Below, in pieces: positions 30,346 through 40,358 of a stretch of 64,000 nt of DNA; the first letter of the stretch is position 1; each line of letters begins with the position of its first letter. The DNA is from Nitrosopumilus sp. (GTDB lineage: Archaea > Thermoproteota > Nitrososphaeria > Nitrososphaerales > Nitrosopumilaceae), in assembly GCA_965203315.1 (NCBI GenBank), contig OZ241857.1:1120001-1184000 (forward strand), given 5' to 3'. The notes beneath the pieces were generated by a model. The model did not search any database. It was not told the origin of the DNA and saw only the letters and a list, made by a program, of their open reading frames with translations. The translations under genes and the position numbers were made by a program.

Positions 30346-31451
30346 TGAACTCTTTCCAACTGTGTACTAAACTCAGACCATCCAGATTTGGCAGTACCAT
30401 TTGTATAAAATAGACCAGTATTGCAGATGTATCTGTCCAATCGTTCAATTATGAATTCGTTGCCACCAAGTGAAGAACTGCCAACAGTAATTGTTGCATT
30501 ACCGATACTCTGTGTCTCTTTAGCACATGTACCTTCAGATCTGTCATATTGTCGATACCATGTCATAAATGCAATATCTGATTCATTGTTGTCGTAAAAG
30601 TCAAAGAGTCTTTGTATAAACTCAGTCTGATCAGTAGAGTTACCACCTACAAACTCTGATGTACTCCAACTCAGCTCAAAGAACCCAACCTTCATTCCAG
30701 GTACCATCTCAAAGGTTTTGGTGAGATCATCTATGGCTTGATCTGGAGTTCTTGTTATGTCGTTGACGATATCTATTGGTGAATAAGAGAATGCAACAAA
30801 ATCTCCTATAGCAAGTTCTGATACAGTATTGTTTAGATTCTTGTTTAAAACATGATGTAATCCAAAGGCATTACCCATCTGCACATCAGGATGTAGAACT
30901 TTCATCTCTTCAAAGACGCTTACAAATAATTGTCGATATGGATCAATATTTTGTTCTGCATGTCGAAATTGTGACTCTGTCTCGCCTGCAATGATGACAG
31001 TATCAATAATATAATATCTATCAAGTATACGATCCAGAACGTTTACGAGTCTAGTGTGATCTATCGAGTCTATTTGTGGATTATTCATGTATCTAGGAAA
31101 CGGTCCTAGTTGTTCACCATTTACTAAAGAGAAATATAATGTAACTTTGAGATTATTTTTTTCATGTAATCCCATCAGAATATCTGTTTGTGCCCAATCA
31201 AATTGATCACGTTCTGGCTCTATCAGATTCCAAAAGAGATATGCGTTACCTCTACCTATTCCTGTAGATGCAGCTGTAGTAAATATCTGATCTATCTGTC
31301 GTGGAGATACGTCTTGTATAGGCGTATTGATTACCATTCCAATCTTGCTAGTCGTCTCCATACTGGTATTTTGTGGCATGTACAATACAGATGCGATTAC
31401 AATGCTAGCAATAACAGTAGATACAACACCGGCTAGAATACGTTTGTTCAC
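30342..31451 (-). CDS. Membrane-anchored protein, possible glycoside-hydrolase-like TIM barrel
   Basis: N-terminal TM; WNLIEPERDQFDW, AFSYSP, FFELSW resemble GH-A-like folds. Confidence 0.6.
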   Translation of the reverse strand: MNKRILAGVVSTVIASIVIASVLYMPQNTSMETTSKIGMVINTPIQDVSPRQIDQIFTTAASTGIGRGNAYLFWNLIEPERDQFDWAQTDILMGLHEKNNLKVTLYFSLVNGEQLGPFPRYMNNPQIDSIDHTRLVNVLDRILDRYYIIDTVIIAGETESQFRHAEQNIDPYRQLFVSVFEEMKVLHPDVQMGNAFGLHHVLNKNLNNTVSELAIGDFVAFSYSPIDIVNDITRTPDQAIDDLTKTFEMVPGMKVGFFELSWSTSEFVGGNSTDQTEFIQRLFDFYDNNESDIAFMTWYRQYDRSEGTCAKETQSIGNATITVGSSSLGGNEFIIERLDRYICNTGLFYTNGTAKSGWSEFSTQLERVQ

Positions 31452-31682
31452 ACTACAACGAAAAAGAACGAAATTAAAAAAAGTTTTGAATTCATCGATA
31501 TATCGATATACCAGTTATCAATACTCGTGAATCCATAACTGTAAACAAAAACCAGTAATGTGTATCCGTGATCTCTTACATTGAATGATTTTATCACTCT
31601 CAATTATTAGAGATCTGATCGATAAATACGACTGTAAATTTGTTTATCAATCATGTCTAGTTACTGTTGTATCATCTATTAT

Positions 31683-34334
31683 CTAACCAGATGTGCATCC
31701 ACTGTGTCCGCATTCTAGACACATACTACATCCTTCAACAAAGACTAGATTATTTTTACATGTAGGACATAGACGATCTTCAGATATCTCTTGGATTATG
31801 GGATCAGTGACGATCTCTTCATCATGAAACTTTATTGCAAGAGATGTATTAACTTGAGACTTTATGTACGGGTTTGTGATATGATTCTTTACAAAGCTTG
31901 TGACATACTCACTCGGTAATACATCGAATGTCTTTTGTGCGTTATCACTAGTCATATGCAAGACCTGTTTGTGTCTAGAACCATCTCGATATACGGTTAT
32001 TCCTTTTAGTCCTAGTTCGTGCGCAAAGAGATAGGCAGATTTTACATCTTCGGCAGTCACATCATAAGGCATATTGATCGTCTTTGCTATTGCATTTCCA
32101 ATCCAAGTCTGCCACACACTTTGAGCCAAGAGATGATCTGCCCAATGAATATCCATTGCAGTAACAAAGATCTCTTGCATCCATTTTGGTATCTCGTCGA
32201 TACCACGAAGTGATCCATAGTTGTCTGCAATCTTTGCTAGTATCTCATCGTTGTATAGTTGATGTTCTTTTAACGTCTCTTCGACTATCTTGTTTGTGTA
32301 AAAGAATCGTCCAACTGTGACACGTTTCTCAAAGACTAGTGCAAATGCAGGCTCCATTCCATTGCTACAATCCGCAATCATAGATAGTGTACCTGTTGGT
32401 GCAATAGTAGTTGTCAGAACATTTCGAATTCCATACTGTTTGATCTTTGTGATCAATGCGTCCCACTCGTACGAGTGAGAGTCTTTTGGTTTCTCATAGT
32501 ATCCTGCAACAGGAATCTTGCCTTCCGGATACTCGGTCTTGCTGCATAATGGGAACTCGCCACGAGATTTTGCAAGTGCAACACTCTCTTCCATGGAATA
32601 GTATGTTAACGCCTCTGACAGTTTGGATTGTAACGAGTATCCTTCTTTAGAGTTGTATGGGATACGAAGTTTGTACAATAGATCTGCAACTCCCATAACT
32701 CCCAATCCAATTCTTCGTGATTCTCTAGACGCTACATTGATCTCTGGTACTGGATAATTGTTTACATCAATAATGTTGTCTAAGAATCGAGTTGTCTTAC
32801 GGATGGTCTCTTCGTATCGTTGCCAATCAAATTCATATGTTCCATCTGCTTGTCTCTTTACAAGATTAGCTAAATTGATCGAACCCAAGTTGCAAGACTC
32901 GTATGGATATAGACTCTGTTCGCCACATGGATTGGTAGCTCGTAACGGAGATTGACGAGCTTTTGCAAATACATTATACTTGTTGATATTATCAAAAAAG
33001 ATCAGACCGGGTTCGGCACTCTTCCATGCAGATAGCGCAATTAAATCAATTAATTGGTGTGAGTTGATCTCTTTTACCGGTTTGTTATTACGAGGGCTAC
33101 GAAGCATATAGCTGCCGTCAGTTGTGTTGACTAGTGAATTCCAAAAGTCTTCCCAGACTCCAACACTGACATTAAAGTTTTCTAATATACCGGGATTTGT
33201 TTTGTTTGTGATAAACTTTTCAACATCGGGATGCCACACCTCGATTATTCCCATATTTGCTCCACGACGTTTTCCACCTTGTTTTACTACTTCGGTTACA
33301 GTATTGATTATATTCATAAATGATACAGGACCTGATGCAACGCCAGATGTTGACGCAACAATATCCCCCTCTTCGCGAAGATTAGAATAGTTTATTCCCA
33401 CTCCGCCTCCAGACTTGAAGATCATTGCAGCATCAGATGTACATTTCATGATATCTTCCATGTCATCATCCATACCTAACACAAAACATGCAGATAGTTG
33501 ACCCAGACGCCCTCCTGCATTCATCATTGTGGGTGAGTTTGGTAGAAAGTCTTGGGATATCATTAGATCATAGTACTCTTTTACCTTATCAGCATAGTTG
33601 TCTAGCTTTTTGGCTACAAGCAGAGTCAATAGCTTTTTAAAGTTGACTTTCATCTTACCGCTGTTTGCCAGATTTATGTAATGGTGGATCAAGGCTCTAA
33701 AATGCCACTTGTTAAGATAGTATGGACCGATCTTGAACTTGTAGTCAAAGGCATCAAGTTTATCAAGATATGACTTTGCTTCATCTATATCTCTCTTATA
33801 GTGTCCCTCCTTGTCAAAGAGCTGTGAATCATACAGCATATCACCAACTCCAACTAGTATTGCAACTCGTTCAAACATTGCCGTTGGAGACTCGATTATC
33901 TCGTTCTTACCGTTTCTGAATAGGTAACGAGACGCCAATACTCGTAGGCAGTTGAGATCAAACTGTTTTGAGACAGGATCGAGAGACTTTAGGTTCAATA
34001 CCTTCATCTTTTCATCTCTGAGCTTTCGCCTCTCATGACGATATACGATATACGCTTTGGCAATGTCGCTATGGCCACTATCGATCAGCGTAGACTCGAC
34101 AATATCTTGAATGTCTTCAACTGTTGGTATATGTGATTGTGTGAATCCCTGTTCGACTAGTTTGTGGATGACCTTCCCTGCTAGTTGATCAGATAGGTTA
34201 CGATCTGGTTTGGATACTGCAGTTAGAGCTTTGAATATGGCATTAGATATTTTGTCTTGGTTGAAATTGGTTATTGCTCCACTCCTCTTACGAATTTCAT
34301 GTATAGTGCTCTCAATTTGGGAATTATCTGACAT
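31683..34334 (-). CDS. nrdJ: Adenosylcobalamin-dependent (class II) ribonucleotide reductase with ATP cone
   Basis: ATP cone IRKRSG, PNSPTMMNAG, LSACF, TNPCGEQ, CNLGSINL, TIAPTGT, C-terminal CPTC/EGC..C..CG. Confidence 0.95.
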   Translation of the reverse strand: MSDNSQIESTIHEIRKRSGAITNFNQDKISNAIFKALTAVSKPDRNLSDQLAGKVIHKLVEQGFTQSHIPTVEDIQDIVESTLIDSGHSDIAKAYIVYRHERRKLRDEKMKVLNLKSLDPVSKQFDLNCLRVLASRYLFRNGKNEIIESPTAMFERVAILVGVGDMLYDSQLFDKEGHYKRDIDEAKSYLDKLDAFDYKFKIGPYYLNKWHFRALIHHYINLANSGKMKVNFKKLLTLLVAKKLDNYADKVKEYYDLMISQDFLPNSPTMMNAGGRLGQLSACFVLGMDDDMEDIMKCTSDAAMIFKSGGGVGINYSNLREEGDIVASTSGVASGPVSFMNIINTVTEVVKQGGKRRGANMGIIEVWHPDVEKFITNKTNPGILENFNVSVGVWEDFWNSLVNTTDGSYMLRSPRNNKPVKEINSHQLIDLIALSAWKSAEPGLIFFDNINKYNVFAKARQSPLRATNPCGEQSLYPYESCNLGSINLANLVKRQADGTYEFDWQRYEETIRKTTRFLDNIIDVNNYPVPEINVASRESRRIGLGVMGVADLLYKLRIPYNSKEGYSLQSKLSEALTYYSMEESVALAKSRGEFPLCSKTEYPEGKIPVAGYYEKPKDSHSYEWDALITKIKQYGIRNVLTTTIAPTGTLSMIADCSNGMEPAFALVFEKRVTVGRFFYTNKIVEETLKEHQLYNDEILAKIADNYGSLRGIDEIPKWMQEIFVTAMDIHWADHLLAQSVWQTWIGNAIAKTINMPYDVTAEDVKSAYLFAHELGLKGITVYRDGSRHKQVLHMTSDNAQKTFDVLPSEYVTSFVKNHITNPYIKSQVNTSLAIKFHDEEIVTDPIIQEISEDRLCPTCKNNLVFVEGCSMCLECGHSGCTSG

Positions 34335-34700
34335 AAGTTATGATTTAGAAGAATTGTTTGTATATAACTTTAACATAGATAACAAATTTGATTTTAATAA
34401 AATATATGCATAAATGACTATAGAAGACGGGAATGCACAATACTATGATCTCTTGAGACTAGTTGCTCACACGTATAGTAAATTGATGATCTAAAATAGA
34501 CTAAAAATATTGACAATAGTATGATAAATATTGGATATAGATTCAGGTATTGATCATGTACAATTGTACAAGACATAATACTTGGTATTGTAGACTTGTC
34601 AACTAGAATCACTAGTTGATCTAAAGAGTGATTTGATCGACAGAGTCTGTTAGAAATATTACAAGGAGGTTATATAAGGAATGCCAATTATTTCTCACTA

Positions 34701-36800
34701 TTACAGTTGATCAGAATAGATGTATGGTGATTTACATTTGGGGCACTTTTCCACAAAAGGTTGATCTTTGAATCCACACTCCCCACATACAGCGATCCGC
34801 TTGAGTGGTTTAAACATAGGTAGTAGAGCTGATGCCTTTTCGATTATAGTTTTGATCGTCTCAGCCGTTGCATCGTCACCTATATTTATTGTGACTAGTA
34901 GACCTCCATTGAGTCTCTTTGAGATCGCATTTGACTCTGATATGATCTTACTCTTTGGTGTAAGTTTATCGATCTCTGACGCCTCGATCTTTACACCCTG
35001 CGAATAAGGTATACCTTCCATCGAGTTTGTAGTAGAGTTCTTGCCATACTTTTCGCCGTCTAGGCGTGGAAATCGCTCTGAACCTTCCACGGTTGTCATA
35101 GAGATGGTAACCACATCGCCTGTCTCCTTGGCTGCCTTGTTGGCAACATCTATCGCCGTCTCGATGATCTTGTTGGCGATCTCTTTACCAGCCTTGTCTT
35201 CATATCCTAAAATGTCAAAGACCGACTCTTTCATCCCGATCAGATTTATCACAAGAGATATTGAGCTCTTTTGCATATACTGTGTATTTTTAGCTAATAT
35301 GGGATTGAGACCTCGACGTGTAAGATCTGATACGTCCTTCTTTCGTATGATCATAGAAGACAAGGCAGGCTTTAACAATAGTGCAAGTCTAGCTCTAAAG
35401 TAAGTCTCATCTTTATTTGACTCTAATGCAAGTCTTGGTAGATTTATCGATACAGACTCTAATGTGAGGAGAAGTGGACCTGTATTCTTTGTGGGGTTAC
35501 CAACTATACCATAACTTGATGTACGGCCCCGAGAAAATGATACATTTCCTCCCAAATTTATAATCTCAGATATTATATTAGATACATCAGATATCTTTCC
35601 AACTGTATGATCAATTATCAAACCAATCTTTGCCAATGTAGTTATCTCGACATATCGTTTGTATGATTTGAGTATTGCACCAACTATCTTTTTGTCTGAA
35701 TCAAGGGAGAGATGAATAGATACCATAGTCTTGTGTCCATTATACTTTGATGTTGATATGCTAGTAAATATGCCAAAGAGTTTTTGTTCTAGCTCTTCTA
35801 GATTCTTGGAATGTTTTGCAAATATCTGTTGCATTCCATAAACGACTATCTCTTTTGATGCTTCTCTAGACAAGAGTGATATTATAATTGATAACGAGTT
35901 TGAAACATCATCAAGATATTTTGATGGCGGAATTCTAGATATATCAAGATATTTTCCTCCAAGATCAACTCCATTACTCAAGATATCTTTAATGTTTACA
36001 AATATTGTATCAGGTAACATTGACCATAATCCCGGATTTGTTATGTGTAGATCGCCGGATAGATGTGCATCGGCCATATCTTTGGTCAATACATTTGTGA
36101 GAATATTCTCTGCAAATACCCGCTGACCTGCATCTAACAATATACCTTCAGCTCCGTTATTCATATGATCTGAGTTTGAGAGCATCGAGTGCACATCATA
36201 GACGGGCATTCCTAGTCGAACAAGTTTGTTACGATACTCTTCGCTTCCATGCTCGATGAGAACAGAGTTTACCATCTCACGGATTAGAGCGCCTGTAAGG
36301 TATGTAGGCTGATATTTGTATATTTTAGTCTCAACCTCTTCTGTTATCTTTTGTGCAAGTTCAAGTGATAGATTTCCTTCACGTACAAGAGACTGAATTA
36401 TCTTGTGAGAGTTAAACTCTTCAACAGATTCATCAGATGTTCTGACATACATCTTGCCACTCTCGATTACAGATCGTTCTTCGATCTGTCTCGTAAGACT
36501 TAGAACTAGTTTGCCGATATTTGTGATCGTGTATCGCTTTTCTGATTTGTTTAGTGAAACAAGAGACTGTCTCAATAGTTTTCGCAGATGATAAGCAAAC
36601 TTGCCACTATCTTTTTTGGATATAAAACCAGCTAGTGATTTTAGTTCAGAGTAGGTTAATGGAGCTTTAGAGTTTAAGATTCTGAGGATATCAATTCTAT
36701 TAGGACTTGCCATTACAGAGAATATCATTCTGACACGTTTGGAGGTAGATTGATTTCTGCCACCGCGTTTTGATTCGGTTATCTCCTCACTAAATGCCAT
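34701..36800 (-). CDS. wHTH + ATP-cone + NrdD-like barrel protein (probably non-catalytic)
   Basis: ArsR-like N-terminus (PNRIDILRIL..YSELK..FAYHLRKL), ATP cone (YVRTSDESVEEFNSHKI), AHLSGDLHI, SINLPRLA, ends at CGECG..CPKC. Confidence 0.75.
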   Translation of the reverse strand: MAFSEEITESKRGGRNQSTSKRVRMIFSVMASPNRIDILRILNSKAPLTYSELKSLAGFISKKDSGKFAYHLRKLLRQSLVSLNKSEKRYTITNIGKLVLSLTRQIEERSVIESGKMYVRTSDESVEEFNSHKIIQSLVREGNLSLELAQKITEEVETKIYKYQPTYLTGALIREMVNSVLIEHGSEEYRNKLVRLGMPVYDVHSMLSNSDHMNNGAEGILLDAGQRVFAENILTNVLTKDMADAHLSGDLHITNPGLWSMLPDTIFVNIKDILSNGVDLGGKYLDISRIPPSKYLDDVSNSLSIIISLLSREASKEIVVYGMQQIFAKHSKNLEELEQKLFGIFTSISTSKYNGHKTMVSIHLSLDSDKKIVGAILKSYKRYVEITTLAKIGLIIDHTVGKISDVSNIISEIINLGGNVSFSRGRTSSYGIVGNPTKNTGPLLLTLESVSINLPRLALESNKDETYFRARLALLLKPALSSMIIRKKDVSDLTRRGLNPILAKNTQYMQKSSISLVINLIGMKESVFDILGYEDKAGKEIANKIIETAIDVANKAAKETGDVVTISMTTVEGSERFPRLDGEKYGKNSTTNSMEGIPYSQGVKIEASEIDKLTPKSKIISESNAISKRLNGGLLVTINIGDDATAETIKTIIEKASALLPMFKPLKRIAVCGECGFKDQPFVEKCPKCKSPYIYSDQL

Positions 36801-36848
36801 AGTTGTCGTTTAAAAAAGGACTAAATAAGACTTTTGATTATATCTTTT

Positions 36849-37010
36849 TTATCTCTCATCAACATCAAGTGTAAACTCTGATGTAGATAATCTCTGTCCG
36901 CAAGAAGGACATCGTCCATTATGTTGATTCATTACATCTCTGATAGATTTTAACATCTTCATATTGACAATGTTTTCTCCACACTTACCACAAGTTACTT
37001 CAACTGACAT
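36849..37010 (-). CDS. 53-aa zinc-ribbon microprotein
   Basis: Manual translation MSVEVTCGKCGENIVNMKMLKSIRDVMNQHNGRCPSCGQRLSTSEFTLDVDER; below ORF-track cutoff. Confidence 0.8.
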   Translation of the reverse strand: MSVEVTCGKCGENIVNMKMLKSIRDVMNQHNGRCPSCGQRLSTSEFTLDVDER

Positions 37011-37116
37011 TAAAGAAAGTAATAGTTGATATATAATTTAAGTGAATCTGATTATAATATGATCTATCATAATCAAATAATGTGTTGTAATACTTGTTGT
37101 ATACCAGTAGACAAGA

Positions 37117-37485
37117 CTAGTTGATCTTTTCTATTAGGATGCCACGATTATCGAATCCAACTATATGTGCTCTTGTGCCGACAGGTAGATCAGCTGGAGT
37201 AGATATTCCTCCCATGAATCCAGATATTCGTAGATCAGAGTTATCTAGATCTAGTACAACAAAAGCATAAGGAGTATATGCTTCAAAACCAGTAGGAGGT
37301 ACTGTAATTATGGTATATGTGACAATAGAACCTATACCTTCTAGTTTAACTGGTTCAAAGTTGGATGCACCGCAACTCTGACAAAAGTATACTGTAGATA
37401 GATGAGCATGTCCACACTTTGTACATCTGTGAGTTAAAATTTTGCCCTCTTTTGCACACTCGATTAGTTGTTCTTTAACTGTCAT
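37117..37485 (-). CDS. DUF35 Zn-ribbon/OB-fold protein (thiolase partner)
   Basis: CTKCG..FCQSCG, GSIVTYTII..P.GF..PY; adjacent to thiolase. Confidence 0.9.
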   Translation of the reverse strand: MTVKEQLIECAKEGKILTHRCTKCGHAHLSTVYFCQSCGASNFEPVKLEGIGSIVTYTIITVPPTGFEAYTPYAFVVLDLDNSDLRISGFMGGISTPADLPVGTRAHIVGFDNRGILIEKIN

Positions 37486-37487
37486 GA

Positions 37488-38642
37488 TTATACACTTTGA
37501 AATATGTGGACGGCACAGCTTGCCCCAGTTGCTCCAAAATTATGTGTCAGACCAATCTTGGCATTCTTGACAGTTCTTGCTCCTGCTTGACCAGTAAGCT
37601 GTTCAAAGACTTCAACGACTTGGCCAACTCCAGTTGCGCCTATAGGATGTCCTTTAGATTTTAGGCCACCAGATGGATTAACCGATATGTCAGAGTTTAA
37701 TTTGGTTCGATCTTCACGAACAGCTTGCACACCTTTGCCCTTGTCAAAGAATCCTAGATCTTCAGTATCTACAATCTCTGCAATAGTAAAACAGTCATGT
37801 AGTTCGACAAAATCAACGTCAGATGGTTTAATGTTTGCCATCTTGTATGCTGCATCTGCAGCTATCTTTGTACTGGGAATAGTCGTCATCTGTTCACGAC
37901 CTTGTAGTGCTGCAGGTGACCCGCCTCGACCTGAGCCAATCACTTGAACATAGTCACCGCCATGCTCTTTTGCAAACTTTTCAGAACATAGTATAACGGA
38001 ACTGGCACCGTCAGAGAATGGACAGCAGTCATAGAGCTTTAATGGACTAGCGACAACTGCCGAGTTCATCACATCATCTACGGTAATCTTCTTTTGTAGA
38101 TGTGCTTTTGGGTTCAACAGTCCATTCTCATGGTTCTTTACTGCAACTTTTGCAAAGTCTTCTTCGGTTGCGTCAAACTCGGATAGATATGCACGGGCCA
38201 TAGATGCAAAGAGTCCTGGAAATGATGCACCAGCTTGACCTTCATAGAAAAAGTCAGAACAGTATGCAAAATAGGTCGTAGTCCACTCGGTACCAGTATG
38301 TGTGACCTTTTCGACACCAGTAACTAGCAAGCAGTCATAAAATCCAGCTGCTACATTTGCATATGCCTCTCTAAATGATACAGAACCGCTTCCACAAGCT
38401 GATTCAATCGATAGTGATGGTCTATCTGATATGCCCAAATTACTCATAAGAACAGGTCCTAGATGAACTTGCTTGTCGGCTACTCCGAATACGTTTGAGA
38501 TGTAGCCTGCTTTGACGTCTTTTGGCGAGATTCCTGCACTCTCTATGGCAGATACAGATGCCATTGTTGTAATATCTACTATACTGTCGTTTAATTTACC
38601 ATATTTGGTGCTACCGCCACCAAGAACACAGACTTTCTCCAC
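37488..38642 (-). CDS. Thiolase (acetyl-CoA acetyltransferase)
   Basis: ESACGSG, NPKAH, ELHDCF, NPSGGLKSKGHPIGATG. Confidence 0.93.
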   Translation of the reverse strand: MEKVCVLGGGSTKYGKLNDSIVDITTMASVSAIESAGISPKDVKAGYISNVFGVADKQVHLGPVLMSNLGISDRPSLSIESACGSGSVSFREAYANVAAGFYDCLLVTGVEKVTHTGTEWTTTYFAYCSDFFYEGQAGASFPGLFASMARAYLSEFDATEEDFAKVAVKNHENGLLNPKAHLQKKITVDDVMNSAVVASPLKLYDCCPFSDGASSVILCSEKFAKEHGGDYVQVIGSGRGGSPAALQGREQMTTIPSTKIAADAAYKMANIKPSDVDFVELHDCFTIAEIVDTEDLGFFDKGKGVQAVREDRTKLNSDISVNPSGGLKSKGHPIGATGVGQVVEVFEQLTGQAGARTVKNAKIGLTHNFGATGASCAVHIFQSV

Positions 38643-38709
38643 AAGATCGATTGATTTTGATCCATATAAAAATCGTTTAGTATTATGTTGAACTGTACAT
38701 AGATATCAG

Positions 38710-39123
38710 ATGGCACAAGACAGACATATCATAAAGCTGACAAAGGGTAAGACTACTGCATTCAAGAGAGAGATCTTGCAGTATATGGATCCTAATGGAT
38801 TCATCTCGTGGTCAGCAAAGGAGAAAAAGTATGTCATACTTGGAACGAGTACTCCAAAGAAGGGTCTTGTGACATGTCCCAACTGTAAGATTGGTGAACT
38901 GATGGTTGTGAGATCAATGAAGACTAGAAAGAGATTCATCGGTTGTTCCAACTTTTATAGTGGCTGTAATGCATCCTCGCCTCTGTTACAGAGAGCACGA
39001 CTGCGAGCTACAAAGAGTCCATGTGAGATATGTAAATGGCCAATCATATTATTTCGATATTCACGAAATGAAAAATGGCAAAGACGATGTTCCAATATAA
39101 AATGCAAGACTAACAAATCTTAG
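38710..39123 (+). CDS. Topoisomerase IA-type C4 zinc-finger protein
   Basis: CPNC..GELMV..RFIGCSNF..C, CEIC..CSNIKC. Confidence 0.8.
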   Translation: MAQDRHIIKLTKGKTTAFKREILQYMDPNGFISWSAKEKKYVILGTSTPKKGLVTCPNCKIGELMVVRSMKTRKRFIGCSNFYSGCNASSPLLQRARLRATKSPCEICKWPIILFRYSRNEKWQRRCSNIKCKTNKS

Positions 39124-39920
39124 TCTATCTTGTACAGACTAGATCTTCTATTCTTCAAGAGTGGTAATGCTTTACGTGTATGTATGATCTTTTTTGGATC
39201 AATTGTTACGATTCCAATCCCTTGTCGTTTCTTCATGTCGATCAGTATCTTGCCAAATGGATCTACTACCAAGCTACGACCACAATAGATATTTCCAACT
39301 TGATCAGGAGCAATTACATAACAACCGTTCTCAATCGCACGTGTCCGGGTTATTGCAAGCCAGTGCTCTTCTTTCATGTACCCCTGTACCCACGCAGACG
39401 GTACAACTAGACATTCAGAACCAGCAACAGCTAGTGTACGCGACATCTCTGGAAATCTCAAGTCATAGCATATCATAACTCCTAGTTTGCCAATAGATGT
39501 ACTGACTGGTTTTGTGATGACTGAACCAGCAACCAACTTTGTAGATTCACGAAAACCTAGTGCATCGTACAGATGGATCTTGCGATATGTAGAGACCAGT
39601 CTGCCATTCTTGTCAGATATGAATACTGTATCGTATACACGATCTTTTACTGAACTCGTTTCATAAAGAGAACCGACTACTTGAATCTTGTACTGTTTAG
39701 CAGCAGAGAGAATACTCTGAACAAAGTTACCATCTAGTGGCTCTGCCATGCTAGCAAGTTGATGAGGCGTCTGTTTTGAATCTGTATAAAACATCATAAA
39801 CTCTGGAAACGCACACAGTACTGCGCCTTGTGCAGCTGCTTTTGAGATATAATTAATGATTCGTTTGAGATTTACAGTCTTGTCACGATGAGCTTTAAAT
39901 TGAACTAGACCTACTTTCAT
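39120..39920 (-). CDS. Carbon-nitrogen hydrolase (Nit1-like)
   Basis: FPEF, YRKIHLYD, ICYDLRFPE, RAIENG; start MKVGLVQF at 39920. Confidence 0.92.
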   Translation of the reverse strand: MKVGLVQFKAHRDKTVNLKRIINYISKAAAQGAVLCAFPEFMMFYTDSKQTPHQLASMAEPLDGNFVQSILSAAKQYKIQVVGSLYETSSVKDRVYDTVFISDKNGRLVSTYRKIHLYDALGFRESTKLVAGSVITKPVSTSIGKLGVMICYDLRFPEMSRTLAVAGSECLVVPSAWVQGYMKEEHWLAITRTRAIENGCYVIAPDQVGNIYCGRSLVVDPFGKILIDMKKRQGIGIVTIDPKKIIHTRKALPLLKNRRSSLYKID

Positions 39921-40358
39921 GATATCTGTAAAGATACTAGAAATAAAAAGATTAGAGTTGAGATTATTGTGCAAAGAACCAATTCTTTTTTGGATTGTCT
40001 TGAAACACAACGATTACATGACTCTCTTTTGTCTTGAGAATCTCTACTGCAGCCTCTGTTATGGCTTTAGCATATTGACTCTTTTGCTCCTGTGTTCTAC
40101 CAGGATACATCGACACTGTAATCAGTGGCATCAAACTAGCTATATCTCAATGCCAAATGTATCTTTCTAGTAAAGAGTAATTGAAAGCAGGACGTACAGT
40201 ATAGACAACATGATACTTTTTGCATGAAAGTGATTTGATTACTGTCGAGAGGTCAATCAGATCTTTGCTAGTTTAAAATTTCTCATCTATCCGATCGTGT
40301 CTAACAGAACCAATCAAACACAACACTTAAAGTTATTATATCATACACACAACTTGTC

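Noticed and set aside
31683-34334. Intein in nrdJ
   Set aside because: No intein terminal motifs seen; catalytic motifs are contiguous
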